A DNA stretch of 64,000 nt, from the NCBI GenBank assembly GCA_964016885.1, contig CAXHJY010000517.1, positions 62,001-126,000 of the forward strand, given 5' to 3'. Below are positions 1-9,400 of this stretch, piece by piece. A model generated the notes under the pieces. That model was not told the DNA's origin. It saw only the letters and a program-made list of their open reading frames with translations, and did no database searches. Positions within the stretch are counted from its first letter, which is position 1; every line of letters begins with the position of its first letter. Position numbers and translations under genes: made by a program. The DNA is from Eledone cirrhosa (Eukaryota).

Positions 1-17
1 AGTAGAGTGGGTAATAG

Positions 18-103
18 GAAAATGTTTGACCCCGTCCAGAAAAAGCTGTCCAGAAATAGCGGTCGAAACAGCTTGAGCTCTGCCGTCGGGGTCAAACCTT
101 TTC
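18..103. repeat. Degenerate inverted repeat (hairpin), possible MITE relic
   Basis: GAAAATGTTTGACCCCG (18-34) pairs with CGGGGTCAAACCTTTTC (87-103) at 16/17. An inner pair AAGCTGT/ACAGCTT lies at ~43-49 and 68-74. Confidence 0.6.
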
Positions 104-125
104 ATATATATATATATATATATAT
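104..125. repeat. (AT)n microsatellite
   Basis: Perfect AT dinucleotide run read directly. Confidence 0.95.
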
Positions 126-169
126 CGCTTGTATAAAACAGGGCTCTGTTTATTATATATGTATATAAA

Positions 170-325
170 GGTGGCGAATTGGCAGAGTCATTAAGACGTT
201 GGATAGAATGCTTTGCGGTATTCGTCCCACCTCAATTCGCGTTCTGAGTTCAAATCCTGCCGGTGTCAACTTTGCCTTTCATCCTTTCGCGGTCGATAAT
301 AAGGTACCAGTCCAGTACTGGGGTC
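170..325 (+). mobile_element. tRNA-derived SINE, octopus-type, 3' end truncated or decayed
   Basis: Pol III A-box-like TGGCAGAGTCA (~180-190) and B-box GTTCAAATCC (248-257), then ACTTTGCCTTTCATCCTTTCGCGGTCGATAATAAGGTACCAG...TACTGGGGTC. I recall this as the conserved central domain of abundant Octopus SINEs (not searched). Confidence 0.8.
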
Positions 326-336
326 TATTCTGCCTC

Positions 337-1097
337 TATAGAAAAATTCGGCTATTCCAGCATGCCTTACTATGAATCAAGCAACGAATTTGGTAAGTTG
401 ATACCCTAGCCAGTTCACAAGCAGCAACCCCAATTGGAATAACTATCTCCCGCACATATAAGAACTGCTACTTGAGAAATTCTGACATATGCTTACTGGT
501 CGGTGTAGCGACTAACACGTATGACTGGTAACGTATCAATCTCGTTTGGATTATTTTTGTCTGAAATACGCCGTTGAAATACGTATAACAAAATGAATAG
601 GGATGTACGAATGAAATCGTCTTTCTTGTTTATTATAATAATAAAACTCTGGATGAATAAAAACCGTAGAGTGCTTCACAGCTGTTAAGAATAAAATCCC
701 AAATAAAGATATTTCATCTGATGAACGAAATCAGACGTTTTTGTTAGAATCGCCTAACTTCGCGAAACCTTGGGTAATGGAATAATTATATTGTGTTGCT
801 TATTATATATATATATATATTTTATATATATTATACATTTGGTGTATGTGTATGCATGCGCGCGCGATATATCTGAGTGATCTTTTATGAAGACATCCGT
901 GAAATAACTGTCGAACTACTTTTCGAACGAAGACCTTCGTAATATTTGTTCTAAACCGAGTCTCAGACACTCCCTTGTCATTATTTACTCACTATTTGCT
1001 TTTTAAGTACTGCTTGTGAACTGGCTAGGGTATCAACTTACCAAATTCGTCACTTGATTCATAGGAAGGCATGCTGGAATAGCCGATTTTTTCTATA
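337..1097. mobile_element. Non-autonomous DNA transposon / MITE with 88-bp terminal inverted repeats
   Basis: 337-424 is the reverse complement of 1010-1097 at 84/88. Both ends finish in TATA, compatible with a TA target-site duplication. The interior is AT-rich with no ORF in the track. Confidence 0.85.
803..833. repeat. (TA)n microsatellite inside the MITE
   Basis: Interrupted TA run read directly. Confidence 0.85.
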
Positions 1098-1222
1098 AAT
1101 ATATTGAACCAATCAAATAAACCCGAAATAAATGAAATATGTGGATGAAGGATGAAGAAAAACTAATGGTGGTGACACGTAGATATGAGGATGGAGGAGC
1201 AGGATAATTAGTTTGGTGAGCT

Positions 1223-1242
1223 GAGAGAGAGAGAGAGAGAGA
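1223..1242. repeat. (GA)10 microsatellite
   Basis: Read directly. Confidence 0.95.
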
Positions 1243-1287
1243 ATGACGGATGTAACTTTTGGACACATCAAATTAAATAACATCCTA

Positions 1288-1290
<3 letters not shown>

Positions 1291-1343
<53 letters not shown>

Positions 1344-1368
1344 CCCTCTCTCTCTCTCTCTCTCTCTC
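1291..1368. repeat. (CT)n microsatellite with one interruption
   Basis: Read directly. It explains the RE/SL dipeptide ORFs in the track. Confidence 0.95.
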
Positions 1369-1402
1369 CCACCCCAGGGCTCTGATACACCTCTCTCCTG
1401 GG

Positions 1403-1570
1403 ACCGGAGAATATATATCAAACAATAACTTGAAGCAACCGGATCAATTAGACACGGTTACTTCTGACAGGACCCGTTGGGAGGAGTGTTTGGGGACTCT
1501 GCCCCCCACGACCCTCTCTGGGAGAAGAAGAAGAAGAAGAAGAAGAAGAAGAAGAAGAAGAAGAAGAAGA
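1403..1570 (+). mobile_element. 3'-terminal fragment of an RTE-clade (Expander/Rex3-like) LINE with an (AGA)n tail
   Basis: Translation PDQLDTVTSDRTRWEECLGTLP; removing one C from the C6 run gives ...LPPRPSLG. This resembles the Expander/Rex3 ORF C-terminus as I recall it (PEELEEVAGEREVWASLLRLLPPRP). A trinucleotide tail follows directly, typical of RTE 3' ends. Confidence 0.45.
1523..1570. repeat. (AGA)16 microsatellite
   Basis: Read directly. It produces the poly-Arg in ORF 1430..1615. Confidence 0.95.
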
Positions 1571-1633
1571 CTAATCTATATAGTAGGTATGACACATAGG
1601 TCAAACATGGGCTGAGTTAGCTATCACCTGTTA

Positions 1634-1692
1634 TGGTTGTTGTTGCTGTTGTTGGTGGTGGTGGTGATGATTAGAGGCGGTGGTGGTGGTGT
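1634..1692. repeat. Degenerate (GTT)n/(GGT)n low-complexity tract
   Basis: Read directly. It gives the poly-T/H/Q end of ORF 1631..1999. Confidence 0.8.
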
Positions 1693-1817
1693 ATAATGAA
1701 ATAGATGACCACTCCCAGCAGTGAATACCGACATAGTTTACTAATTGAGGTTCACAGTTGTAGAAATGTAAATATAGCTTAGTTGTTAAAGTGAGACCCA
1801 AAGAGTATCCCCCACCA

Positions 1818-2020
1818 TTAACTAACTTGCCTCTGGGCCCCGGCCGACAGGATGGAGAATGTATTGCCCTGGAGAATGGCAAGGGAGATATGCTGAAGCA
1901 GCCACTCCACCTCGCGGGGCTTGTACCGATAGCAATGAGTAGGGCTGTGGTCCGGGGGCCAAGAACGCCAGAAGTCTCCACTGCTACAGGCTCTACCACA
2001 GAGAGCGGCCGATACTTAGG
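1818..2020 (-). pseudogene. Frameshifted C-terminal fragment of a CRE-clade-like (restriction-like endonuclease) non-LTR retrotransposon ORF
   Basis: The minus strand reads KYRPLSVVEPVAVETSGVLGPRTTALLIAIG, then in another frame PREVEWLLQHISLAILQGNTFSILSAGAQRQVS* (stop at 1818-1820). This matches the recalled motif KY..L....F.P.AVET.G..G...(W)L.QR.S.A..RGN...I at the end of CRE-like ORFs. Confidence 0.65.
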
Positions 2021-2357
2021 CAGTTTACTAATTTACACTGAACCCTCACCACCCTCTGAGGAAACACCTTCCCTACTCTGTCCGCCACGACCGCGGGGCA
2101 GCCAGCGAGTGGGTTCCCACTTGCATATAATAGTGAGAGATGAGGTAAGCGAGAGAGACGGAGACAGTGAACAAAAGAAAGAGAACACATATACTTGATA
2201 AGACAAGGAAAATTGAGAAGAGTGAAAATTCTATTCATTATTGTCATTAGTTCATTTATTCTCGTTTACTAATTTACGCTAAACCCTGGAAAGGTCACTC
2301 TGTATCTCAAATATATATTTTGTCTGTGACATCTGGAGATATTGGTCTCAGAATACA

Positions 2358-2990
2358 AGAGGGCTGGTACGCAGCAGGTACGACGACACCCTCGGAGAAG
2401 CCCTAGACATGGAGGAGGACGAACTGGCCGGCCTGTTCGGTAGGACATTCAGCCCGGGACCTATGGACAACTTCCAGAAGTCCCTGGCCTGGCAGTGCTA
2501 CCGAGGGGCTTTACCCGTTCGAGAAAGGCTCTACAGACACGGGCGCCCGGGTAGGGACCCCGCCAAAAAGATCTGTCCCAGATGCGTGTGCGACGAGGAA
2601 ACCGTTGCACACGCATTGGTACACTGCTCGGGCGTAGCCGATCTGTGGGGCTATGTCGAACAACTGCTGTCAAGGGTGGGACCGATCCGGTTGACCACCG
2701 AGTCTATTGTAATGATCAAGCCGCCTCCCCCCTTCAAAGATGAAGCAGAGGCGGTGTTTCTGTGCGTAATAGCCATGGCCAAAGAGGTTGTATGGTGGAC
2801 GCGTCTGAAAGGACTGAGGTCAGGCACCTTTCTCTCTGGCCAACAACTGGTCCGTTTCTTCCGATATCATTTCGGAAGAAGGATCAGGATGGAGAGAGAG
2901 GTGCTCCACCCCAGTCGTTTTTATGAAAGGTGGGTGAAAGTGGCGAGAATGGCCCGTGTGAATGGGCCTTCTCTTTACATGAGCCTGTAG
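2358..2990 (+). pseudogene. C-terminal part of a Tx1/L1-clade LINE ORF2 (zf-RVT-type CCHC zinc finger), 5'-truncated
   Basis: ORF 2409..2990 contains SLAWQCYRGALPVRERL...CPRC-x4-ETVAHALVHC...DLW, the zinc-binding domain C-terminal to RT in L1/Tx1 elements. The frame stays open upstream of the Met (RGLVRSRYDDTLGEALD), so the Met is internal. RT and endonuclease are absent. Confidence 0.85.
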
Positions 2991-3257
2991 GTGGAAAAGA
3001 GGAAGGAACGAGGGAGCACCCCTTCTCTGTGCTCCTGAGGAAAAGGGTTGCACACTTTTTTCGGGGGTGTGTGCGACCCCCCAAGGCGCCTCCTCTCTAT
3101 TGAGGATTTTGTTATAAATTTTATTTTTTGTTATATCTTATTTTATTTTTATATTTTGTTATTGCCTCCTCCTTATTGAGGACGCCTTTTTGTGTAAACT
3201 CCCCCCTTTGTACTTGTCCCACTTTTGATGCCCTAGTGACAAATAAAAGAAACAAAT
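2358..3257 (+). mobile_element. 5'-truncated Tx1/L1-like LINE copy including 3' UTR and A-rich tail
   Basis: ORF2 remnant, a ~250-bp 3' UTR with stem-loops and T-rich tracts, AATAAA at 3242-3247 and a decayed A tail. Confidence 0.75.
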
Positions 3258-6200
3258 CTATCACTACAGAACAAACAGTAATAGCAGTAGCAATAGACAT
3301 GACCTCTGGCCTATATTAGATTAGTTCCTTTATTCATTTTAACACGTTCCAATCATTAGACTGCTGTCTTTAAGGTTCGGTCATTAGACTGCTGTCTTTA
3401 AGGGTTTCAGTCATTAGACTGCTGTCTTTAAGGTTCGGTCATTAGACTGTTGTCTTTAAGGTTCGGTCATTAGACTGCTGTCTTTAAGGGTTTCAGTCAT
3501 AAGACTGCTGTCTTTAAGGTTCGGTCATTAGACTGCTGTTTTTAAGGTTCGGTCATTAGACTGCTGTCTTTAAGGTTCAGTCATTAGACTGGTGTCTTTA
3601 AGGTTTAGTCATTAGACTGCTGTCTTTATGGTTCGGTCATTAGACTGTTGTCTTTAAGGTTCAGTCGTTAGACTGCTGTCTTTAAGGTTCGGTCATTAGA
3701 CTGCTGTCTTTAAGGTTCGGTCATTAGACTGCTGTCTTTAAGGGTTTCAGTCATTAGACTGTTGTCTTATAGGGTTTCAGTCATTAGACTGTTGTCTTTA
3801 AGGTTTGGTCATTAGACTGCTGTCTTTAAGCTTCAGTCATTAGACTGCTGTCTTTAAGGGTTTCAGTCATTAGACTGTTGTCTTTAAGATTCGGTCATTA
3901 GACTGCTGTCTTTAAGGTTCAGTCATTAGACTGCTGTCTTTAAGGTTCAGTCATTAGACTGGTGTCTTTAAGGTTCAGTCATTAGACTGCTGTCTTTAAG
4001 GTTCGGTCATTAGACTGCTGTCTTTAAGATTCAGTCATTAGACTGTTGGCTTTATGGTTCGGTCATTAGACTGTTGGCTTTATGGTTCGGTCATTAGACT
4101 GTTGTCTTTAAGGTTCAGTCATTAGACTGCTGTCTTTAAGGTTCAGTCATTAGACTGCTGTCTTTAAGATTCAGTCATTAGACTGCTGTCTTTAAGGTTC
4201 AGTCATTAGACTGCTGTCTTTAAGGTTCAGTCATTAGACTGCTGTCTTTAAGGTTCAGTCATTAGACTGTTGTCTTTAAGGTTCAGTCATTAGACTGCTG
4301 TCTTTAACGTTCAGTCATTAGACTGCTGTCTTTAAGCTTCAGTCATTAGACTGCTGTCTTTAAGGGTTTCAGTCATTAGACTGTTGTCTTTAAGATTCGG
4401 TCATTAGACTGCTGTCTTTAAGGTTCAGTCATTAGACTGTTGTCTTTAAGGTTCAGTCATTAGACTGCTGTCTTTAAGGTTTAGTCATTAGACTGTTGTC
4501 TTTAAGGTTTAGTCATTAGACTGCTGTCTTTAAGGTTCAGTCATTAGACTGCTGTCTTTAAGGTTTAGTCATTAGACTGTTGTCTTTAAGGTTCAGTCAT
4601 TAGACTGTTGTCTTTAAGGTTCAGTCATTAGACTGCTGTCTTTAAGGTTCAGTCATTAGACTGCTGTCTTTAAGGTTCAGTCATTAGACTGCTGTCTTTA
4701 AGGTTCAGTCATTAGACTGCTGTCTTTAAGGTTCAGTCATTAGACTGTTGTCTTTAAGGTTCAGTCATTAGACTGCTGTCTTTAAGGTTCAGTCATTAGA
4801 CTGCTGTCTTTAAGGTTTAGTCATTAGACTGCTGTCTTTAAGGTTCAGTCATTAGACTGCTGTCTTTAAGGTTCAGTCATTAGACTGCTGTCTTTAAGGT
4901 TCAGTCATTAGACTGCTGTCTTTAAGGTTCAGTCATTAGACTGCTGTCTTTAAGGTTCAGTCATTAGACTGCTGTCTTTAAGGTTCAGTCATTAGACTGC
5001 TGTCTTTAAGGTTCAGTCATTAGACTGTTGTCTTTAAGGTTCAGTCATTAGACTGCTGTCTTTAAGGTTCAGTCATTAGACTGCTGTCTTTAAGGTTTAG
5101 TCATTAGACTGTTGTCTTTAAGGTTCAGTCATTAGACTGTTGTCTTTAAGGTTCAGTCATTAGACTGCTGTCTTTAAGGTTCAGTCATTAGACTGCTGTC
5201 TTTAAGGTTCAGTCATTAGACTGCTGTCTTTAAGGTTCAGTCATTAGACTGCTGTCTTTAAGGTTCAGTCATTAGACTGCTGTCTTTAAGGTTCAGTCAT
5301 TCGAATGTTGTCTTTATGGTTCAGTCATTAGACTGTTGTCTTTAAGGTTCAGTCATTAGACTGTTGTCTTTAAGGTTCAGTCATTAGACTGTTGTCTTTA
5401 AGGTTCAGTCATTAGACTGCTGTCTTTAAGGTTCGGTCATTCGACTGTTGTCTTTAAGGTTCAGTCATTAGACTGCTGTCTTTAAGGTTTAGTCATTAGA
5501 CTGTTGTCTTTAAGGTTTAGTCATTAGACTGCTGTCTTTAAGGTTCAGTCATTAGACTGCTGTCTTTAAGGTTTAGTCATTAGACTGTTGTCTTTAAGGT
5601 TCAGTCATTAGACTGTTGTCTTTAAGGTTCAGTCATTAGACTGCTGTCTTTAAGGTTCAGTCATTAGACTGCTGTCTTTAAGGTTCAGTCATTAGACTGC
5701 TGTCTTTAAGGTTCAGTCATTAGACTGCTGTCTTTAAGGTTCAGTCATTAGACTGCTGTCTTTAAGGTTCAGTCATTAGACTGCTGTCTTTAAGGTTCAG
5801 TCATTAGACTGTTGTCTTTAAGGTTCAGTCATTAGACTGCTGTCTTTAAGGTTCAGTCATTAGACTGCTGTCTTTAAGGTTTAGTCATTAGACTGTTGTC
5901 TTTAAGGTTCAGTCATTAGACTGTTGTCTTTAAGGTTCAGTCATTAGACTGCTGTCTTTAAGGTTCAGTCATTAGACTGCTGTCTTTAAGGTTCAGTCAT
6001 TAGACTGCTGTCTTTAAGGTTCAGTCATTAGACTGCTGTCTTTAAGGTTCAGTCATTAGACTGCTGTCTTTAAGGTTCAGTCATTAGACTGCTGTCTTTA
6101 AGGTTCAGTCATTCGAATGTTGTCTTTATGGTTCAGTCATTAGACTGTTGTCTTTAAGGTTCAGTCATTAGACTGTTGTCTTTAAGGTTCAGTCATTAGA

Positions 6201-6459
6201 CTGTTGTCTTTAAGGTTCAGTCATTAGACTGCTGTCTTTAAGGTTCGGTCATTCGACTGTTGTCTTTAAGGTTCAGTCATTCGACTGTTGTCTTTAAGGT
6301 TCAGTCATTAGACTGCTGTCTTTAAGGTTCAGTCATTAGACTGTTGTCTTTAAGGTTCGGTCATTAGACTTCTGTCTTTAAGGTTTAGTCATTAGACCGG
6401 TGTCTTTAAGGTTTGGTCATTAGACTGTTGTCTGTAAGGTTCAGTCATTAGACTGCTCT

Positions 6460-9400
6460 CTTTATGTTTCGGTCATTAGACTGCTATCTTTAAGGTTCAG
6501 TCATTAGACTGCTGTCTTTAAGGTTCAGTCATTAGACTGCTGTCTTTAAGGTTCAGTCATTAGACTGCTGTCTTTAAGATTCAGTCATTAGACTGTTGTC
6601 TTTAAGGTTCGGTCATTAGACTGTTGTCTTTATGGTTCAGTCATTAGACTGCTGTCTTTAAGGTTCAGTCATTCGACTGTTGTCTTTAAGGTTCAGTCAT
6701 TAGACTGTTGTCTTTAAGGTTCAGTCATTAGACTGTAGTCTTTATGGTTCAGTCACTAGACTGCTGTCTTTAAGGTTCAGTCATTAGACTGCTGTCTTTA
6801 AGGTTCAGTCATTAGACTGTTGTCTTTAAGATTCAGTCATTAGACTGTTGTCTTTAAGGTTCAGTCATTAGACTGTTGTCTTTATTGTTCAGTCATTAGA
6901 CTGTTGTCTTTAAGGTTCAGTCATTAGACTGTTGGCTTTATGGTTCGGTCATTAGACTGTTGGCTTTATGGTTCGGTCATTAGACTGTTGTCTTTAAGGT
7001 TCAGTCATTAGACTGTAGTCTTTATGGTTCAGTCATTAGACTGCTGTCTTTAAGGTTCAGTCATTAAACTGTTGTCTTTAAGGTTCAGTCATTAGACTGT
7101 TGTCTTTAAGGTTCAGTCATTAGACTGTAGTCTTTATGGTTCAGTCATTAGACTGCTGTCTTTAAGGTTCAGTCATTAGACTGCTGTCTTTAAGGTTCAG
7201 TCATTAGACTGCTGTCTTTAAGGTTCAGTCATTAGACTGCTGTCTTTAAGGTTCAGTCATTAGACTGCTGTCTTTAAGGTTCAGTCATTAGACTGTTGTC
7301 TTTAAGGTTCAGTCATTAGACTGCTGTCTTTAAGGTTCAGTCATTTGACTCTTACCTTTAAGGTTCAGTCATTAGACTGTTGTCTTTAAGATTCGGTCAT
7401 TAGACTGCTGTTTTTATGGTTCAGTCATTAGACTGTTGTCTTTAAGGTTCAGTCATTAGACTGTTGGCTTTAAGGTTCGGTCATTAGACTGCTGTCTTTA
7501 AGGTTCACTCATTCGACTGCTGTCTTTAAGGTTCAGTCATTAGACTGTTGGCTTTAAGGTTCAGTCATTAGACTGCTGTCTTTAAGGTTCACTCATTCGA
7601 CTGCTGTCTTTAAGGTTCAGTCATTAGACTGTTGGCTTTAAGGTTCGGTCATTAGACTGCTGTCTTTAAGGTTCAGTCATTAGACTGCTGTCTTTAAGGT
7701 TCAGTCATTAGACTGCTGTCTTTAAGATTCAGTCATTAGACTGCTGTCTTTAAGTTTCGGTCATTAGACTGCTATCTTTAAGGTTCAGTCATTAGACTGC
7801 TGTCTTTAAGGTTCAGTCATTAGACTGCTGTCTTTAAGGTTCAGTCATTAGACTGCTGTCTTTAAGATTCAGTCATTAGACTGTTGTCTTCAAGGTTCGG
7901 TCATTAGACTGTTGTCTTTATGGTTCAGTCATTAGACTGCTGTCTTTAAGGTTCAGTCATTCGACTGTTGTCTTTAAGGTTCAGTCATTAGACTGCTGTC
8001 TTTAAGATTCAGTCATTAGACTGTTGTCTTCAAGGTTCAGTCATTAGACTGTAGTCTTTATTGTTCAGTCATTAGACTGTTGTCTTTAAGGTTCAGTCAT
8101 TAGACTGTTGGCTTTATGGTTCGGTCAATAGACTGTTGGCTTTATGGTTCGGTCATTAGACTGCTGTCTTTAAGGTTCAGTCATTAGACTGTTGTCTTTA
8201 AGGTTCAGTCATTAGACTGCTGTCTTTAAGGTTCAGTCATTAGACTGCTGTCTTTAAGGTTTAGTCATTAGACTGTTGTCTTTAAGGTTCAGTCATTAGA
8301 CTGTTGTCTTTAAGGTTCAGTCATTAGACTGCTGTCTTTAAGGTTCAGTCATTCGAATGTTGTCTTTATGGTTCAGTCATTAGATTGTTGTCTTTAAGGT
8401 TCAGTCATTAGACTGCTGTCTTTAAGGTTCAGTCATTAGACTGTTGTCTTTAAGGTTCAGTCATTAGACTGTTGTCTTTATGGTTCAGTCATTAGACTGC
8501 TGTCTTTAAGGTTCACTCATTAGACTGCTGTCTTTAAGGTTCAGTCATTAGACTGTTGTCTTTAAGGTTCAGTCATTAGACTGGCTGTCTTTAAGATTCA
8601 GTCATTAGACTGCTGTCTTTAAGGTTCGGTCATTAGACTGCTGTCTTTAAGGTTCGGTCATTAGACTGCTGTCTTTAAGATTCAGTCATTAGACCGTTGT
8701 CTTTAAGGTTCGGTCATTAGACTGTTGTCTTTATTGTTCAGTCATTAGACTGTTGTCTTTAAGGTTCAGTCATTAGACTGTTGGCTTTATGGTTCGGTCA
8801 TTAGACTGTTGGCTTTATGGTTCGGTCATTAGACTGTTGTCTTTAAGGTTCAGTCATTAGACTGTAGTCTTTATGGTTCAGTCATTAGACTGCTGTCTTT
8901 AAGGTTCAGTCATTAGACTGTTGTCTTTAAGGTTCAGTCATTAGACTGTTGTCTTTAAGGTTCAGTCATTAGACTGTAGTCTTTATGGTTCAGTCGTTAG
9001 ACTGCTGTCTTTAAGGTTCAGTCATTAGACTGCTGTCTTTAAGGTTCAGTCATTAGACTGCTGTCTTTAAGGTTCAGTCATAAGACTGCTGTCTTTAAGG
9101 TTCAGTCATTAGACTGCTGTCTTTAAGGTTCAGTCATTCGACTGTTGTCTTTAAGGTTCGGTCATTAGACTGCTGTCTTTAAGGTTCAGTCATTAGACTG
9201 TTGTCTTTAAGGTTCAGTCATTAGACTGTTGTCTTTAAGGTTCAGTCATTAGACTGTTATCTTTAAGGTTCAGTCATTAGACTGTTGTCTTTACGGTTCA
9301 GTCATTAGACTGCTGTCTTTAAGGTTCAGTCATTAGACTGTTGTCTTTAAGGTTCAGTCATTAGACTGCAGTCTTTAAGGTTCAGTCATTAGACTGCTGT

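Noticed and set aside
170-260. Functional tRNA gene
   Set aside because: A and B boxes are present, but I see no cloverleaf and the sequence continues into a SINE body.
1113-1615. ORFs 1113..1421, 1243..1428 and 1430..1615 as genes
   Set aside because: They stay open because of (CT)n, (GA)n and (AGA)n microsatellites. Only a short LINE-like remnant is credible.
1791-2247. ORFs 1791..2198 (+) and 1993..2247 (-) as genes
   Set aside because: Antisense or overlapping shadows of GC-rich TE relics with no recognisable domain.
2461-3319. ORFs 2461..2673, 2820..3053, 2884..3084 and 3128..3319
   Set aside because: Antisense to the LINE ORF or within its T-rich 3' UTR. The hydrophobic start of 3128..3319 comes from low-complexity T tracts.
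2246-3335. ATTAGTTC(A/C)TTTATTC at 2246-2261 and 3320-3335 as the LINE's target-site duplication
   Set aside because: The match is 15/16 but AT-rich, and the copies lie ~60-100 bp from the apparent LINE ends, so it is not supportable as a TSD.
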